Source: Acidimicrobiia bacterium (GTDB lineage Bacteria; Actinomycetota; Acidimicrobiia; IMCC26256; JACDBD01). Taken from it: DNA of 64,000 nt. The position numbers and the translations under genes are program-made. A model generated the notes under the pieces. That model was given only the letters and a program-made list of their open reading frames with translations, had not been told where the DNA came from and ran no database searches. The DNA lies in NCBI GenBank assembly GCA_035316025.1, contig DATFXL010000048.1, positions 5,382 through 69,381 on the forward strand, given 5' to 3'. Below are positions 8,610-17,891 of the stretch, in pieces. Numbering within the stretch: position 1 is the first letter of the stretch; every line of letters starts with the position of its first letter.

Positions 8610-8987
8610 GTGGGCGTGTCGAGCATCCTCAAGCGCTACCTGCCGTTGAGCGGTTCCGCCATCGCACTGTGGGCCTGGCGGAACCGGGACGACGTGATCG
8701 ACTGGGCCGCATTCGGGGTCCGCTCGGCGCAGGGCCTCGTGTCCGGCAACACGGACGACGTGGCCACCGAGGCCCGCCTCCGCATCGCCATCCACGGTGA
8801 TCGGCGGACCCGGCGCGCACCCGGGCTCGAGGTGATGGTGCGCGACGGCGTCGCCGTGCTCAAGGGCATCGTCGACCCCGAGGTGCGCGACGTCGCCGTC
8901 AAGATCGCCGAGCGAACCGACGGAGTGAAGAAAGTCGACGACCGGATGGACGAGATCCGCGGTCGCCTCGACCCGCCGCGCGATTAA
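8610..8987 (+). CDS. BON domain-containing protein
   Basis: Track ORF 8610..8987. LEVMVRDGVAVLKGIVDPEVRDVAVKIAERTDGVKKVDDRM is a typical BON domain, preceded by an N-terminal hydrophobic helix. Confidence 0.8.
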   Translation: MGVSSILKRYLPLSGSAIALWAWRNRDDVIDWAAFGVRSAQGLVSGNTDDVATEARLRIAIHGDRRTRRAPGLEVMVRDGVAVLKGIVDPEVRDVAVKIAERTDGVKKVDDRMDEIRGRLDPPRD

Positions 8988-9078
8988 TTCGCAAACAGGT
9001 CGGTCGCCGACCGAAGCGACGCGCGCGCACGAGCGGTTTCCGCTTCTCCCCTGGCGCGAGGTTGTCCTGCCGTGGCTG

Positions 9079-10068
9079 GTGTCGCGCGTCTACTCGGTGG
9101 CGCTCATCGTCGGCGCGGCGTCGATCGGCCACGACGGCCTCCGCGCGACCGGATTCGCGAAATGGGACGGCCAGTGGTACCTCGCGATCGCGCGCTTCGG
9201 CTACGGGCCCGAGCCCGTCGAGGGCGTGCAGACGCGGTGGCCGTTCTTCCCCGGCTTCCCTGGGGTGATCCATGCCGTCCGCGAGATCGGATTACCCGAC
9301 CGCGGCACCGTCGTCGTCCTGAACCAGTTGATCTTCCTCGTCGCGCTGGCCGGTGTGTGGCGCATCGCCCGCCGCTACACGAGCGCCCGCCCTGCCCGTC
9401 TAGCCGTCTGGTCGTTGGCGCTCTTCCCGGGGGCCTTCGTGTTCTCGATGGTGTACCCGTCCGCGATCTGGCTGGCCGCCACGGTCTGGGCATTCATCCT
9501 CGTTGACGAGCGGCACGACCTGCCGGCGGCGGTGCTCGTCACCGGGGCGGCGCTGATCAGACCGAACGGCATCGTGCTGGCGGTGGCCCTCGTGTTCGTG
9601 CTGCGCTCCTGGCGACGGGTGCTGCTCGTATGCGCGCCGTCGGTCGTCGCGGTCGCGCTGTGGTGTGCCGCCTGTTACCACTGGACGGGCGATCCGCTCG
9701 TGTTCCTCACGTCGAAGGAGGGATGGCCGGAGGTCACCGTCAAGGCGTTCGCGCTCGCGCCGTGGCGTTACGACTACGTCTTTCCGCACATCTTCCTCGC
9801 GTTGGCCGCTCTCGGCGCGCTCTGGCTCGTCCGGAAGCGTCTGCCCTTCGCATGGATCGTGTTCACCGTCCTGTACCTCCTACCGTCGCTCGGGCTCGGC
9901 ATGGTGGGGCTCGGCCGGTACGCCAACGAGTGCTTCCCGCCGTTCGTCGCCGCCGGCGAGTTGCTCCATCGGGCCCGCCGCTGGGTGCTCGTCAGCGCGT
10001 TTGCCGCTGCGGTAGCGGGGCAGGCCCTGTGTGCGTGGTGGGTGATCCACCAGCACTACATCCCTTGA
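9079..10068 (+). CDS. polytopic membrane protein, GT-C / PIG-V-like mannosyltransferase family
   Basis: Track ORF 9079..10068. It has about 9 TM segments, and the N-terminal loop motif KWDGQWYLAIARFGY is characteristic of PIG-V-like bacterial glycosyltransferases. The start may lie slightly upstream. Confidence 0.7.
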   Translation: MSRVYSVALIVGAASIGHDGLRATGFAKWDGQWYLAIARFGYGPEPVEGVQTRWPFFPGFPGVIHAVREIGLPDRGTVVVLNQLIFLVALAGVWRIARRYTSARPARLAVWSLALFPGAFVFSMVYPSAIWLAATVWAFILVDERHDLPAAVLVTGAALIRPNGIVLAVALVFVLRSWRRVLLVCAPSVVAVALWCAACYHWTGDPLVFLTSKEGWPEVTVKAFALAPWRYDYVFPHIFLALAALGALWLVRKRLPFAWIVFTVLYLLPSLGLGMVGLGRYANECFPPFVAAGELLHRARRWVLVSAFAAAVAGQALCAWWVIHQHYIP

Positions 10069-10092
10069 CGGATCCCCGGAGCGAAACCGCCT

Positions 10093-10935
10093 TCACTCCT
10101 GCTGCAGCCGCATTGGCCGGCACAGCATCTGTTGCCCACCGGTCGCAAGGAGTCTGCCGTCGCCCGACCACACGGACGCGCTGCTCGCGACCAGGCCGTC
10201 GCGTGCGACCGGCGAGCTGCACTCGGCGAGGAGCCACGGCTGGTCGCGAGCTGCGGCGTGGAACCGGGCCGTGACGTCAAGGCTCGGCGCGTAGAAGGGC
10301 AGGTCACTCGTGTACGCGCGCACGGCCGCGGGCCATCCGAGCGTGTCGACGAGGAGCAATGAGCGACCGGCGTCGACGAACGCGTCGTCGAAGGTGTCAC
10401 GAGGGACGTAGCGGAACCAGGACCGAACGCTCGGATCGCCCGGCTCGCGCGCCTCCCACTCCTCGCGCGGCAGCCACGACAACGGCCGTTCCTCGAAGTT
10501 GCTCCAGAACGCGTGATACGGCCCGCGCTCCTGGTCCGACATGAGCTCGGCGACGTTGGGCAGCTGCTCGGGTGGCGCGACGTCGGGCATGGGCGCGGCG
10601 TCGTGCTCGAGCCCTTCGACGTCGCCGACGATCCACGCTTGCGCCTCCAGGATGGGCCTGCCGTCCTGGGTCATCGACACCCCGACCGACGCCGTTCGCC
10701 GCGAGCCGCGGATCGTTCGCACCTCGAGGTCGACGGCGTCGAACTCGGCCACACCGAGGTAGTGACACGAGAACGTGGCCGGGCGCCGCAGGGGCGTGTG
10801 GGCGCCGGCGGCCCGCAACGCGATCACCGCCAGGTAGCCGCCGTTCGGGCCCCAGATCTCCCAGTCACGGGAGAGGTGCGCACGGTAGCGACCATCGGCG
10901 CCTTCGATCGCGGTGTCGACGGCGAGGTCACCCAT
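10093..10935 (-). CDS. acyl-CoA thioesterase II-like (double hotdog) protein
   Basis: Track ORF 10093..10935. GPNGGYLAVIALRAAG plus the two-domain layout match TesB-like thioesterases. Confidence 0.8.
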   Translation of the reverse strand: MGDLAVDTAIEGADGRYRAHLSRDWEIWGPNGGYLAVIALRAAGAHTPLRRPATFSCHYLGVAEFDAVDLEVRTIRGSRRTASVGVSMTQDGRPILEAQAWIVGDVEGLEHDAAPMPDVAPPEQLPNVAELMSDQERGPYHAFWSNFEERPLSWLPREEWEAREPGDPSVRSWFRYVPRDTFDDAFVDAGRSLLLVDTLGWPAAVRAYTSDLPFYAPSLDVTARFHAAARDQPWLLAECSSPVARDGLVASSASVWSGDGRLLATGGQQMLCRPMRLQQE

Positions 10936-10989
10936 CCGCTCATCCTCACGCGCGACGCGTCGGCGGCGCGGCCATTATCAGGCGCGGGC

Positions 10990-11658
10990 TCAGAGGTCGA
11001 GGGTGTTGGCCTCGACCACGCGCGCCCGGCGCGTCGCCTTCGCCTTCGTGCGCAGGATCACGTCGCGGGGTGCGCGAGCGATCATCGCCGTGAAGCGCGC
11101 CACTTCGGCGCCAAGCCCGTCGGCCCGCACGACGCTCGACACGAGCCCCAGGCCCTTGGCTTCCTGCGCCTCCACGACGCGGCCGGTGAAACACAGCTCT
11201 CGAGCGACGCCACCCCCGACCACGTCGTGCAGCGGGCCGTAGACGACGTCGCCGAACTCGATCTCCGGATGCGAGAAGCGCGCGGTATCGGCGGCGATCC
11301 GCAAGTCGGACATGACCGCGAGGTCGAAGCCGCCGGCGATGGCGGGGCCGTTCACGGCGGCGACGATCGGGAGCGGGAACCGGAGCACCGTGGCGTGGAA
11401 CCGATCGCTCGACGCCCACAGCCGCTCCGACAGGTCGGGCTGCTGGAACTCCCTGAGGTCGAAGCCGGAGCTGAAGACGTCGCCGGCCCCGGTGATCACC
11501 ACCGTCTTTACCGCGTCGTCGCCGGCAACGGCGTCGAGGGCATCCGACACCTCGTCCCGGAGCGCGATCGACAACGCGTTCTTCTTGTCGGGCCGGTTGA
11601 GGGTCAAGGTCACGACGCCGTCGTCCGGTGCCGATCGCAGCAGCAGCGCGCCGCTCAC
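10990..11658 (-). CDS. enoyl-CoA hydratase/isomerase (crotonase) family protein
   Basis: Track ORF 10990..11658 with a GTG start. It has LNRPDKKNAL, VVITGAGDVFSSGFDL and AAVNGPAIAGG. Confidence 0.9.
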   Translation of the reverse strand: MSGALLLRSAPDDGVVTLTLNRPDKKNALSIALRDEVSDALDAVAGDDAVKTVVITGAGDVFSSGFDLREFQQPDLSERLWASSDRFHATVLRFPLPIVAAVNGPAIAGGFDLAVMSDLRIAADTARFSHPEIEFGDVVYGPLHDVVGGGVARELCFTGRVVEAQEAKGLGLVSSVVRADGLGAEVARFTAMIARAPRDVILRTKAKATRRARVVEANTLDL

Positions 11659-11722
11659 GAGCGTCCCAGACGCGGACGGCGATAGCCTGACGAGCCGTCA
11701 GGTCGAGCGGAGGTGAGCGTCG

Positions 11723-13342
11723 GTGAGCGAGACGGGCGTCCGCGGCGACCTCGAATGGGGCACGACACCTCGCCTGCTGCACAGCTCTGCGGAGCGCTTC
11801 TCGGCACGGGAGGCGATCGTAGACGTCAGCGACGGCCGCACCTTGTCCTTCTCGGGGCTGGCCGTCGCCGCGCACGACGCCGCACGCGCGTTTCTCGCAA
11901 TGGGTATCGAGCGCGGGGACCGCATCGCGATCTGGGCCCCGAATGTCTGGGAGTGGATCGTCGCCGCACTGGGACTCCAGTCGGCAGGCGCGGTGCTGGT
12001 GCCGCTCAACACGCGCTTCAAAGGCCGTGAGGCGGCGTACATCCTCGGCAAGTCGCAGGCGAAGGCGCTCGTCACGATCTCGGGCTTCCTCGACACCGAC
12101 TACGTCGCGCTGTTGCGCGACGCGGTCGACGTGGATGCCGATCTCCCCGATCTCGAGACGATCGTCGTCATGCGGGGTGACGCTCCGGAGCGAGCTCGTC
12201 CTTGGACCGAGTTCCTAGCCGCGGGATCCGGTATCGAATCGGAGCTCGCGGACGCGCGCGCCCAGGCGGTCGAGCCAGGCGACCTGTCGGACATCCTCTT
12301 CACCTCGGGGACGACAGGGAACCCCAAGGGCGCCATGCTGACGCACGGGCAGACGCTGCGCGCGTACCGCGACTGGAGCGACGTCGTCGGGTTGCAGGAA
12401 CACGACCGGTACCTGATCGTGAACCCGTTCTTCCACGCGTTCGGATACAAAGCGGGATGGTTGGCCTCACTGATGATGGGCGCCACTGTGCTCCCGCAGG
12501 CTCTCCTCGACCCCGACCAGGTCTTCGAGCGGATCCCACGCGACCACGTCACCGTGCTCCCGGGGCCGCCGACGCTCTACCAGACGATCCTCAACCACCC
12601 CGGCCGCGGCGACCACGACCTCTCGAGCCTGCGTCTGGCCGTCACCGGCGCGGCCGCGATCCCGGTCGAGCTCGTCGTGCGCATGCGCGAGGAGCTGACC
12701 TTCGAGACGATCATCACTGGCTACGGGCTCACGGAGGCGTGCGGCATCGCCACCATGTGCCGTTACGACGACGACCCCGAGACGATCGCGACCACATCGG
12801 GGCGAGCGATCCCCGGCGTGGACGTGCGGGTCGTGGACGACGACGGCGAGGAAGTGGCGCGCCGTGAGCCCGGTGAGATCGTGATCCGCGGCTACAACGT
12901 CATGCGGGGGTATCTCGACGAGCCGGACGAGACGGCGGCGACGATCGACTCGGATGGCTGGCTGCACACGGGTGACGTCGGCGTGATGGACGAGCGCGGC
13001 TACCTCCGGATCACCGACCGCACGAAGGACATGTACATCGTCGGCGGCTTCAATGCCTACCCGGCCGAGATCGAGAGTGTCTTCCTTCGCAACGAGAAGG
13101 TGGCGCAGGTCGCGGTCGTCGGCGTGCCCGACGAGCGAATGGGTGAGGTGGGCATGGCGTTCGTCGTCCTCCGTCCCGATGCCGACGCGACCGCCGAGGA
13201 GCTCATCGCTTGGAGCCGGGACCAGATGGCCAACTACAAGGCGCCGCGGTACGTGGAACTCGTCGACGAGCTGCCGCTGAACGCGATGGGCAAGGTCCTC
13301 AAGTACGAGCTGCGGGACCGGGGCGCCAAGCTCGTGACCTGA
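11723..13342 (+). CDS. AMP-dependent acyl-CoA synthetase/ligase (FadD-type)
   Basis: Track ORF 11723..13342. The GTG start lies 8 nt after GGAGGTG. It has the ILFTSGTTGNPKGAML AMP-binding motif, GYGLTE and the C-terminal KAPRYVELVDELPLNAMGKVLK. Confidence 0.9.
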   Translation: MSETGVRGDLEWGTTPRLLHSSAERFSAREAIVDVSDGRTLSFSGLAVAAHDAARAFLAMGIERGDRIAIWAPNVWEWIVAALGLQSAGAVLVPLNTRFKGREAAYILGKSQAKALVTISGFLDTDYVALLRDAVDVDADLPDLETIVVMRGDAPERARPWTEFLAAGSGIESELADARAQAVEPGDLSDILFTSGTTGNPKGAMLTHGQTLRAYRDWSDVVGLQEHDRYLIVNPFFHAFGYKAGWLASLMMGATVLPQALLDPDQVFERIPRDHVTVLPGPPTLYQTILNHPGRGDHDLSSLRLAVTGAAAIPVELVVRMREELTFETIITGYGLTEACGIATMCRYDDDPETIATTSGRAIPGVDVRVVDDDGEEVARREPGEIVIRGYNVMRGYLDEPDETAATIDSDGWLHTGDVGVMDERGYLRITDRTKDMYIVGGFNAYPAEIESVFLRNEKVAQVAVVGVPDERMGEVGMAFVVLRPDADATAEELIAWSRDQMANYKAPRYVELVDELPLNAMGKVLKYELRDRGAKLVT

Positions 13343-13344
13343 CT

Positions 13345-13857
13345 CTAAATGGTGGCGATCTTGATGTTGCCGGCGGTGTCGCTGACAAGCACCTGGACGG
13401 TGTCGGTCGCGCCCTGCGAGTCGGTGACGGTGCACGGGATCTGCGACTGGGGGCGGGCCACGATCACGCTCTTCCCCGGCGCGCACGACGCCGTCACCTG
13501 AACGCCGACCTGCTGGTCATACTGCATCTGCACGAAGTTCTGCATCTTGGCGACGTCGAGGACGGCGACCTCGCGTAGGGAGCGGAACCCCGGATCGCGA
13601 TCGGTCTGCGTGACGGTGATCGGCACTCGCTCGCCGCTTACGGTCGCCGTGCACGTGAACTGCTTGCCGGTCTTCTTCTTGACGTTGTCGGGACACGTCG
13701 TCCGGCCGACGGGCGCGCCGGGGAAGTCCTTGCGCAGCTGAGCCCGGATCGTGCTCTCCACTTCCTTGCTGTCGATGGTGCTCGATCCGCCGCTGCATGC
13801 GACCAGCACCGCGACCACGCACGCGAGCGCGCACACGAGGTCTCGGGACCGGTGCAC
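13345..13857 (-). CDS. DUF4333-type secreted lipoprotein
   Basis: This is the 3' part of track ORF 13345..14205, with the start trimmed to the GTG at 13857. It has a signal peptide with lipobox LVAC (VCALACVVAVLVACSGG) and paired Cys motifs (TTCPDNV...FTCTA, ASCAPG...IPCTV). Confidence 0.75.
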   Translation of the reverse strand: MHRSRDLVCALACVVAVLVACSGGSSTIDSKEVESTIRAQLRKDFPGAPVGRTTCPDNVKKKTGKQFTCTATVSGERVPITVTQTDRDPGFRSLREVAVLDVAKMQNFVQMQYDQQVGVQVTASCAPGKSVIVARPQSQIPCTVTDSQGATDTVQVLVSDTAGNIKIATI

Positions 13858-13874
13858 GCGCCGGAGGATACCGG

Positions 13875-14384
13875 TCAGTCCAGCGCAGCCCGATACAGCG
13901 GCACCGCGTCGGGTATGCCCTTCATGACGACTGGTCCGAGCTCGTCGAGGCGCAGCCCGGGCACTCGTCCGCGCACCAGGTCGTGCACGGGCTCGGAGAC
14001 GAGGACCTCCCCCGGGCCGGCAACGTCCACGATACGGGCGGCCAGATTCACGTCGTGACCGACGAGATCGTCGCCGCGCCGCGTCGGACACCCCCAGTGC
14101 ATGCCGACTCGGACCCAGAGCGGGACGTCGGTGGCGGCCTCCTCCTCGAATCGCTCGGCGACGGCCAGACATGCCCCCAGCGCGCTCACCGCCTCCGGGA
14201 ACCACAGCATCAAGCCGTCGCCGAGGTCTTTCACCACGCGCCCGTCGTCGGGCAGCGACCCCCGGACCATCTTCTCCTGCCGATCGAGCAAGGCGAGCGC
14301 CGCGTCGTCGCCGTGCTCGGCGGTGAACTCGGTGAAGCCGACGATGTCGGTGAAGACCACCGCGCCCGCAGGCGTGCCGTTCAC
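13875..14384 (-). CDS. minimal class III adenylate/guanylate cyclase (catalytic domain only, 169 aa)
   Basis: This is the 3' part of track ORF 13875..14891. The GTG at 14384 overlaps the upstream stop (GTGA). It has VVFTDIVGFT and KDLGDGLM metal-Asp motifs and GHDVNLAARI. There is no sensor or TM domain. Confidence 0.8.
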   Translation of the reverse strand: MNGTPAGAVVFTDIVGFTEFTAEHGDDAALALLDRQEKMVRGSLPDDGRVVKDLGDGLMLWFPEAVSALGACLAVAERFEEEAATDVPLWVRVGMHWGCPTRRGDDLVGHDVNLAARIVDVAGPGEVLVSEPVHDLVRGRVPGLRLDELGPVVMKGIPDAVPLYRAALD

Positions 14385-15076
14385 CGCTCGACGACCTGGA
14401 TGTTCCCGCTGAGCGTCTTCACCTTGATCTCGCCGTCGCCGCCGGTCGGGCACGCGCAACGCACCTTGCCGCTCAGGGTCCTGAGCCGGGTCGCCGGCTG
14501 CGCTCCGGGCGGGACGCTGACGACGACCGATCCGGACAGCGCCTTCACGTCGAGCGACCCCGGCCCGGCGAGCCCGACCTCGACGTTGCCGCTGCCCGCC
14601 TTCACCTTGGCCCCGTCGACCAGCTCGGCGACGACCGCGCCCGATCCGGTGGCGAGGTCGGACACCCCCGCCCGCGCCACGGCGATACCACCACTCCCGG
14701 TCTTCAGCCGGCACTCCCCTGCGCACTCGGTGATCTCGAACGACCCGGAGCCAGTGCGAGCGTCGAGCCGCTCGACGTGATCGACGTGGACGCTCCCGCT
14801 CCCGACGGTCACGCGTGCGTCGCCGAGCCGCCCTCGCAATTCGACGCGGCCCGAGCTCGCCCCGACGAACACATCGCTCCCCTCCGGGCACCGCACGGAC
14901 ACCGCGCCGGACCGAGACTTGATCTCGATGGATCCGTCGTCGCTTTCCTTCGCGTCACGCGCCCCCGTCACGACGACGTCGGCGCGCTCCTCCCCGGTCA
15001 CCGTCACGCTCCCCGAGCGCGCCGTGACTCGGATGACGGCGCCGGGTCGAGTCGGGAGCGTCAGCTCTGACGCCAT
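14381..15076 (-). CDS. DUF4097 (LiaG-like, 'putative adhesin') beta-helix repeat protein
   Basis: Track ORF 14381..15076. It has repeated (S/T)GSGxVxV units (ARSGSVTVTG, TVGSGSVHVD, RTGSGSFEIT, KTGSGGIAVA, ATGSGAVVAE, KAGSGNVEVG, ALSGSVVVSV, TLSGKVRCAC, TLSGNIQVV). No signal peptide is seen. Confidence 0.75.
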   Translation of the reverse strand: MASELTLPTRPGAVIRVTARSGSVTVTGEERADVVVTGARDAKESDDGSIEIKSRSGAVSVRCPEGSDVFVGASSGRVELRGRLGDARVTVGSGSVHVDHVERLDARTGSGSFEITECAGECRLKTGSGGIAVARAGVSDLATGSGAVVAELVDGAKVKAGSGNVEVGLAGPGSLDVKALSGSVVVSVPPGAQPATRLRTLSGKVRCACPTGGDGEIKVKTLSGNIQVVER

Positions 15077-15148
15077 GGAGGCATCATGCCGCCCGGAAGA
15101 CGCGACGGCGACGTGACGGCAGTCACGAGCCCTCGCGATCTCACCGAG

Positions 15149-16309
15149 TCAGCGACCGACGGCGCGCACAGCGGCACCGCCGATGTCCATGAATCGCGTG
15201 TCGCCGGCGATCGCGTTGCCGAGGGCGTTGAGCGTGTAGGCGACGGCGAGCTCGCGCTCAGGATCCCCCCACGCGCCCGACCCGCCGTACCCGTTGTGAC
15301 CGAACCCGCGCGGGAGCGCGGCCGTCGATGTCAGCACGCCGTGATATCCGAGGCGCCACTGCATCGGGAACCCGAGGATGAGATCGGGCCGGTCGTTCTG
15401 CGGCTCGATGGCCCGGGCGACGGTCTTGTCCGATACGAGCTGGACGCCGTCGATCTCACCGCCGCCGGCCAGGCAGGCGTACATACGCGCCAGCGACCGC
15501 GCCGTGAAAGATCCGTTGCCGGACGGCATTGGCTGCTCGACCCACTCGGCGCCACCGTTTCCGGTCAGGATCTCGGGCGGGAGCGCGGCCGCGATCAGCT
15601 CGGGATGGATGGTGAGCCCCAACTGCTCTGCGATGCGCACCATCGCGGCGGGGTCGCGGGTGAGCGCGCCGGCGTCGGGCGAGGTGATGGTCTCCACCAG
15701 CCGGCCGTGCTCGGAACGCGGCAGCCCAACATGGCAGCCGTCGAGCGCGAGCGGCTCGGCAATCTGCGTGCGCACAAAGTCGGTGATCCCGAGCCCGGAG
15801 ACACGCCGCACGATCTCACCGACGATGAACCCGTACGTCACCGCGTGGTAGCCGTTGCTCGCGCCAGGCTCGAACGCGGGTGTCATCCCTTCGATGCCGG
15901 CGACCATTTCGTCCCAGTCGAGGATCTGCTCGGGCCGCTCGAGGAACGACGCCACGTCGTAGAGGCCGGCTTCGTGGCAGAGCACGTGACGGACCGTGAT
16001 CGCGTCTTTGCCGTGCGGGGCGAACTCCGGCCAGTGATCGGCGACGCGGTCGTCGTAGTCGACGAGGTTGCGGTCGACGCAGACGTGCAGGGCCGTCGAG
16101 GTGACGCCCTTCGTCGTCGAGTACGACACCGCGAGGCTGTCGGCTTGCCACGGCGTGCCCGCCCGGTCGGCCACGCCGCTCCAGACGTCGACGACCGGCC
16201 GGCCTCGGTGGTACACGCACACCGCGCCGCCACTGCTCGACTCCGCCACCTGGGCGTCGAGGAGCGAGACGACTTCCTCGAAGCCAGGCTCCCAGGTCCC
16301 CTGAGCCAT
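15149..16309 (-). CDS. serine hydrolase, beta-lactamase/esterase (class C-like) family
   Basis: Track ORF 15149..16348, trimmed to the ATG at 16309, which is preceded by GGGGGAAGG. It has the S-x-x-K motif YSTTKG and a HNGYGGSG C-terminal motif. Confidence 0.85.
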   Translation of the reverse strand: MAQGTWEPGFEEVVSLLDAQVAESSSGGAVCVYHRGRPVVDVWSGVADRAGTPWQADSLAVSYSTTKGVTSTALHVCVDRNLVDYDDRVADHWPEFAPHGKDAITVRHVLCHEAGLYDVASFLERPEQILDWDEMVAGIEGMTPAFEPGASNGYHAVTYGFIVGEIVRRVSGLGITDFVRTQIAEPLALDGCHVGLPRSEHGRLVETITSPDAGALTRDPAAMVRIAEQLGLTIHPELIAAALPPEILTGNGGAEWVEQPMPSGNGSFTARSLARMYACLAGGGEIDGVQLVSDKTVARAIEPQNDRPDLILGFPMQWRLGYHGVLTSTAALPRGFGHNGYGGSGAWGDPERELAVAYTLNALGNAIAGDTRFMDIGGAAVRAVGR

Positions 16310-16377
16310 GGTGCCTTCCCCCTGTGCCGTTTGGCACGTATTGCACACCTAGTGAAAGAACAATATCGTGCACGACC
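16310..16377. promoter_or_regulatory. divergent promoter/operator region (candidate TetR operator)
   Basis: This AT-enriched 68-bp spacer holds the inverted repeats GTGCC-N4-GGCAC (16324-16337), CGTGCACG (16367-16374) and ACGTATTG...CAATATCGT. TATCGT (16364-16369) is a TANNNT -10-like hexamer about 8 nt before the tetR GTG, so the mRNA may be leaderless. Function is inferred only. Confidence 0.35.
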
Positions 16378-16974
16378 GTGGCGGCGACCAGTCTCACGGA
16401 CGGACGGTCGGCGCGGGCCGCCCGCACTCGCGACGCCGTCGTCGAAGCGCTGCTCTCCCTGCTCGATGACGGCAACTTCCGGCCGACGGCCCGACAGGTC
16501 GCCGAGCGCGCCGGCGTCTCGCTGCGCTCGGTCTACGTCCACTTCGACGACCTCGAAGACCTCTTCACCGCGGCGGCTCACAGCCACTTCGAGCGCGTGC
16601 GCGACCTGGTGCAGGCCATCCCCGGTGACGGGCCGCTCGAGTCGCGCCTCGACGCCTTCGTCCGTCAGCGGGAGCGCGTCCACGAGGCCTCGGCGCAGGT
16701 CAGGCGGGCCGCCGTCCTCCAGGAGCCGTTCTCACCCGCTCTCGCCGAGGTGCTGTCGCTCGCACGGCAGCTCTCGCGCGCCGAGATCGAGACGGTCTTC
16801 GCGCCCGAGCTCGGTCGTCGGGACGGCGCCGATCGGAGCCGCCTACTCCTCGAGCTGGAGGTCGTCTCGAACGCGTCGACGTGGGAATCGCTCCGGCTCC
16901 AGCTCGATCTCCCCACCGGGCAAGCCCGTGAGATCGTCGCCGACATGTTGCACGCCTTCCTGCGCGACGCCTGA
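16378..16974 (+). CDS. TetR/AcrR family transcriptional regulator
   Basis: Track ORF 16324..16974, with the start moved to the in-frame GTG at 16378. It has the HTH region RTRDAVVEALLSLLDDGNFRPTARQVAERAGVSLRSVYVHF. Its stop overlaps the next ATG (TGATG). Confidence 0.85.
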   Translation: MAATSLTDGRSARAARTRDAVVEALLSLLDDGNFRPTARQVAERAGVSLRSVYVHFDDLEDLFTAAAHSHFERVRDLVQAIPGDGPLESRLDAFVRQRERVHEASAQVRRAAVLQEPFSPALAEVLSLARQLSRAEIETVFAPELGRRDGADRSRLLLELEVVSNASTWESLRLQLDLPTGQAREIVADMLHAFLRDA

Positions 16975-17891
16975 TGGAGACGCTGCGGACGCCCGACGAG
17001 CGGTTCACCTCCCTACCCGGGTACCCGTTCGCCCCCCACTATCTCGACGTACCCGACGACGAGGGCGGGTCGTTGCGCATGCACTACGTCGACGAAGGGC
17101 CGCCCGAGGCCGACCCTGTCCTGCTGCTCCACGGCGAGCCGTCATGGAGCTTCCTGTACCGCAGGATGATCCCCGTGATCACGGGCGCCAGGCTCCGGGC
17201 GGTCGCACCCGACCTCGCCGGGTTCGGGCGCTCCGACAAGCCGTCGAAACGCGCCGACTACACCTACCAGCGTCATGTCGACTGGATGCGGTCGCTGCTC
17301 GAAGGACTGGCGTTGCAGCGGGTCACGCTCTTCGGCCAGGACTGGGGCGGCCTCATCGGGCTCCGGCTGGCGGCGGAGGAGGCAGATCGGTTCGCCCGCA
17401 TCGTCGCCGCCAACACCTTCCTGCCCACCGGTGACCGCCACCCCGGCGACGCCTTCCTCGCGTGGCAGAAGTTCTCGCAGGAGACCGAGACGTTCCCGGT
17501 CGGCCGAATCGTGAACGGCGGCTGCACCACCGGCCTCGCCCCGGAAGTCGTCGCCGCCTACGACGCCCCCTTCCCCGACGAGTCGTACAAGGAAGGCGCC
17601 CGCCAGTTCCCCGTGCTCGTGCCGACGAGCCCCGACGACCCTGCGTCGGAAGCGAACCGCCGGGCGTGGGACAGGCTCCACCGTTGGGAGAAGCCGTTCC
17701 TGACCACGTTCAGCGACTCGGACCCGATCACCGCCGGCGGCGACCGGGTCCTGCAGAGCGAGATCCCCGGCGCCAAGGGTCGTCCTCACACGACGATCGA
17801 GGGCGCGGGGCACTTCCTGCAGGAAGACCGCGGCGAGCAGCTTGCTCGTGTGGTCGTGGACTTCGTGCAGGGGACACCGGGCAGCGGGTAG
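16974..17891 (+). CDS. haloalkane dehalogenase (HLD-I type alpha/beta hydrolase)
   Basis: Track ORF 16974..17891. It has HGEPSWSFLYR, the nucleophile elbow GQDWGG, GAGHFLQED, and the N-terminal RTPDERFxxLPGYPFAPHY typical of DhlA/DhmA-like enzymes. Confidence 0.85.
   Translation: METLRTPDERFTSLPGYPFAPHYLDVPDDEGGSLRMHYVDEGPPEADPVLLLHGEPSWSFLYRRMIPVITGARLRAVAPDLAGFGRSDKPSKRADYTYQRHVDWMRSLLEGLALQRVTLFGQDWGGLIGLRLAAEEADRFARIVAANTFLPTGDRHPGDAFLAWQKFSQETETFPVGRIVNGGCTTGLAPEVVAAYDAPFPDESYKEGARQFPVLVPTSPDDPASEANRRAWDRLHRWEKPFLTTFSDSDPITAGGDRVLQSEIPGAKGRPHTTIEGAGHFLQEDRGEQLARVVVDFVQGTPGSG

Noticed and set aside
15112-15127. Hairpin CGTGAC-GGCA-GTCACG downstream of the serine-hydrolase gene.
   Set aside because: It has a 6-bp stem with no U-tract and lies only 36 nt upstream of the next gene start. 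It could be a weak terminator or a coincidence, so it is not reported as a feature.
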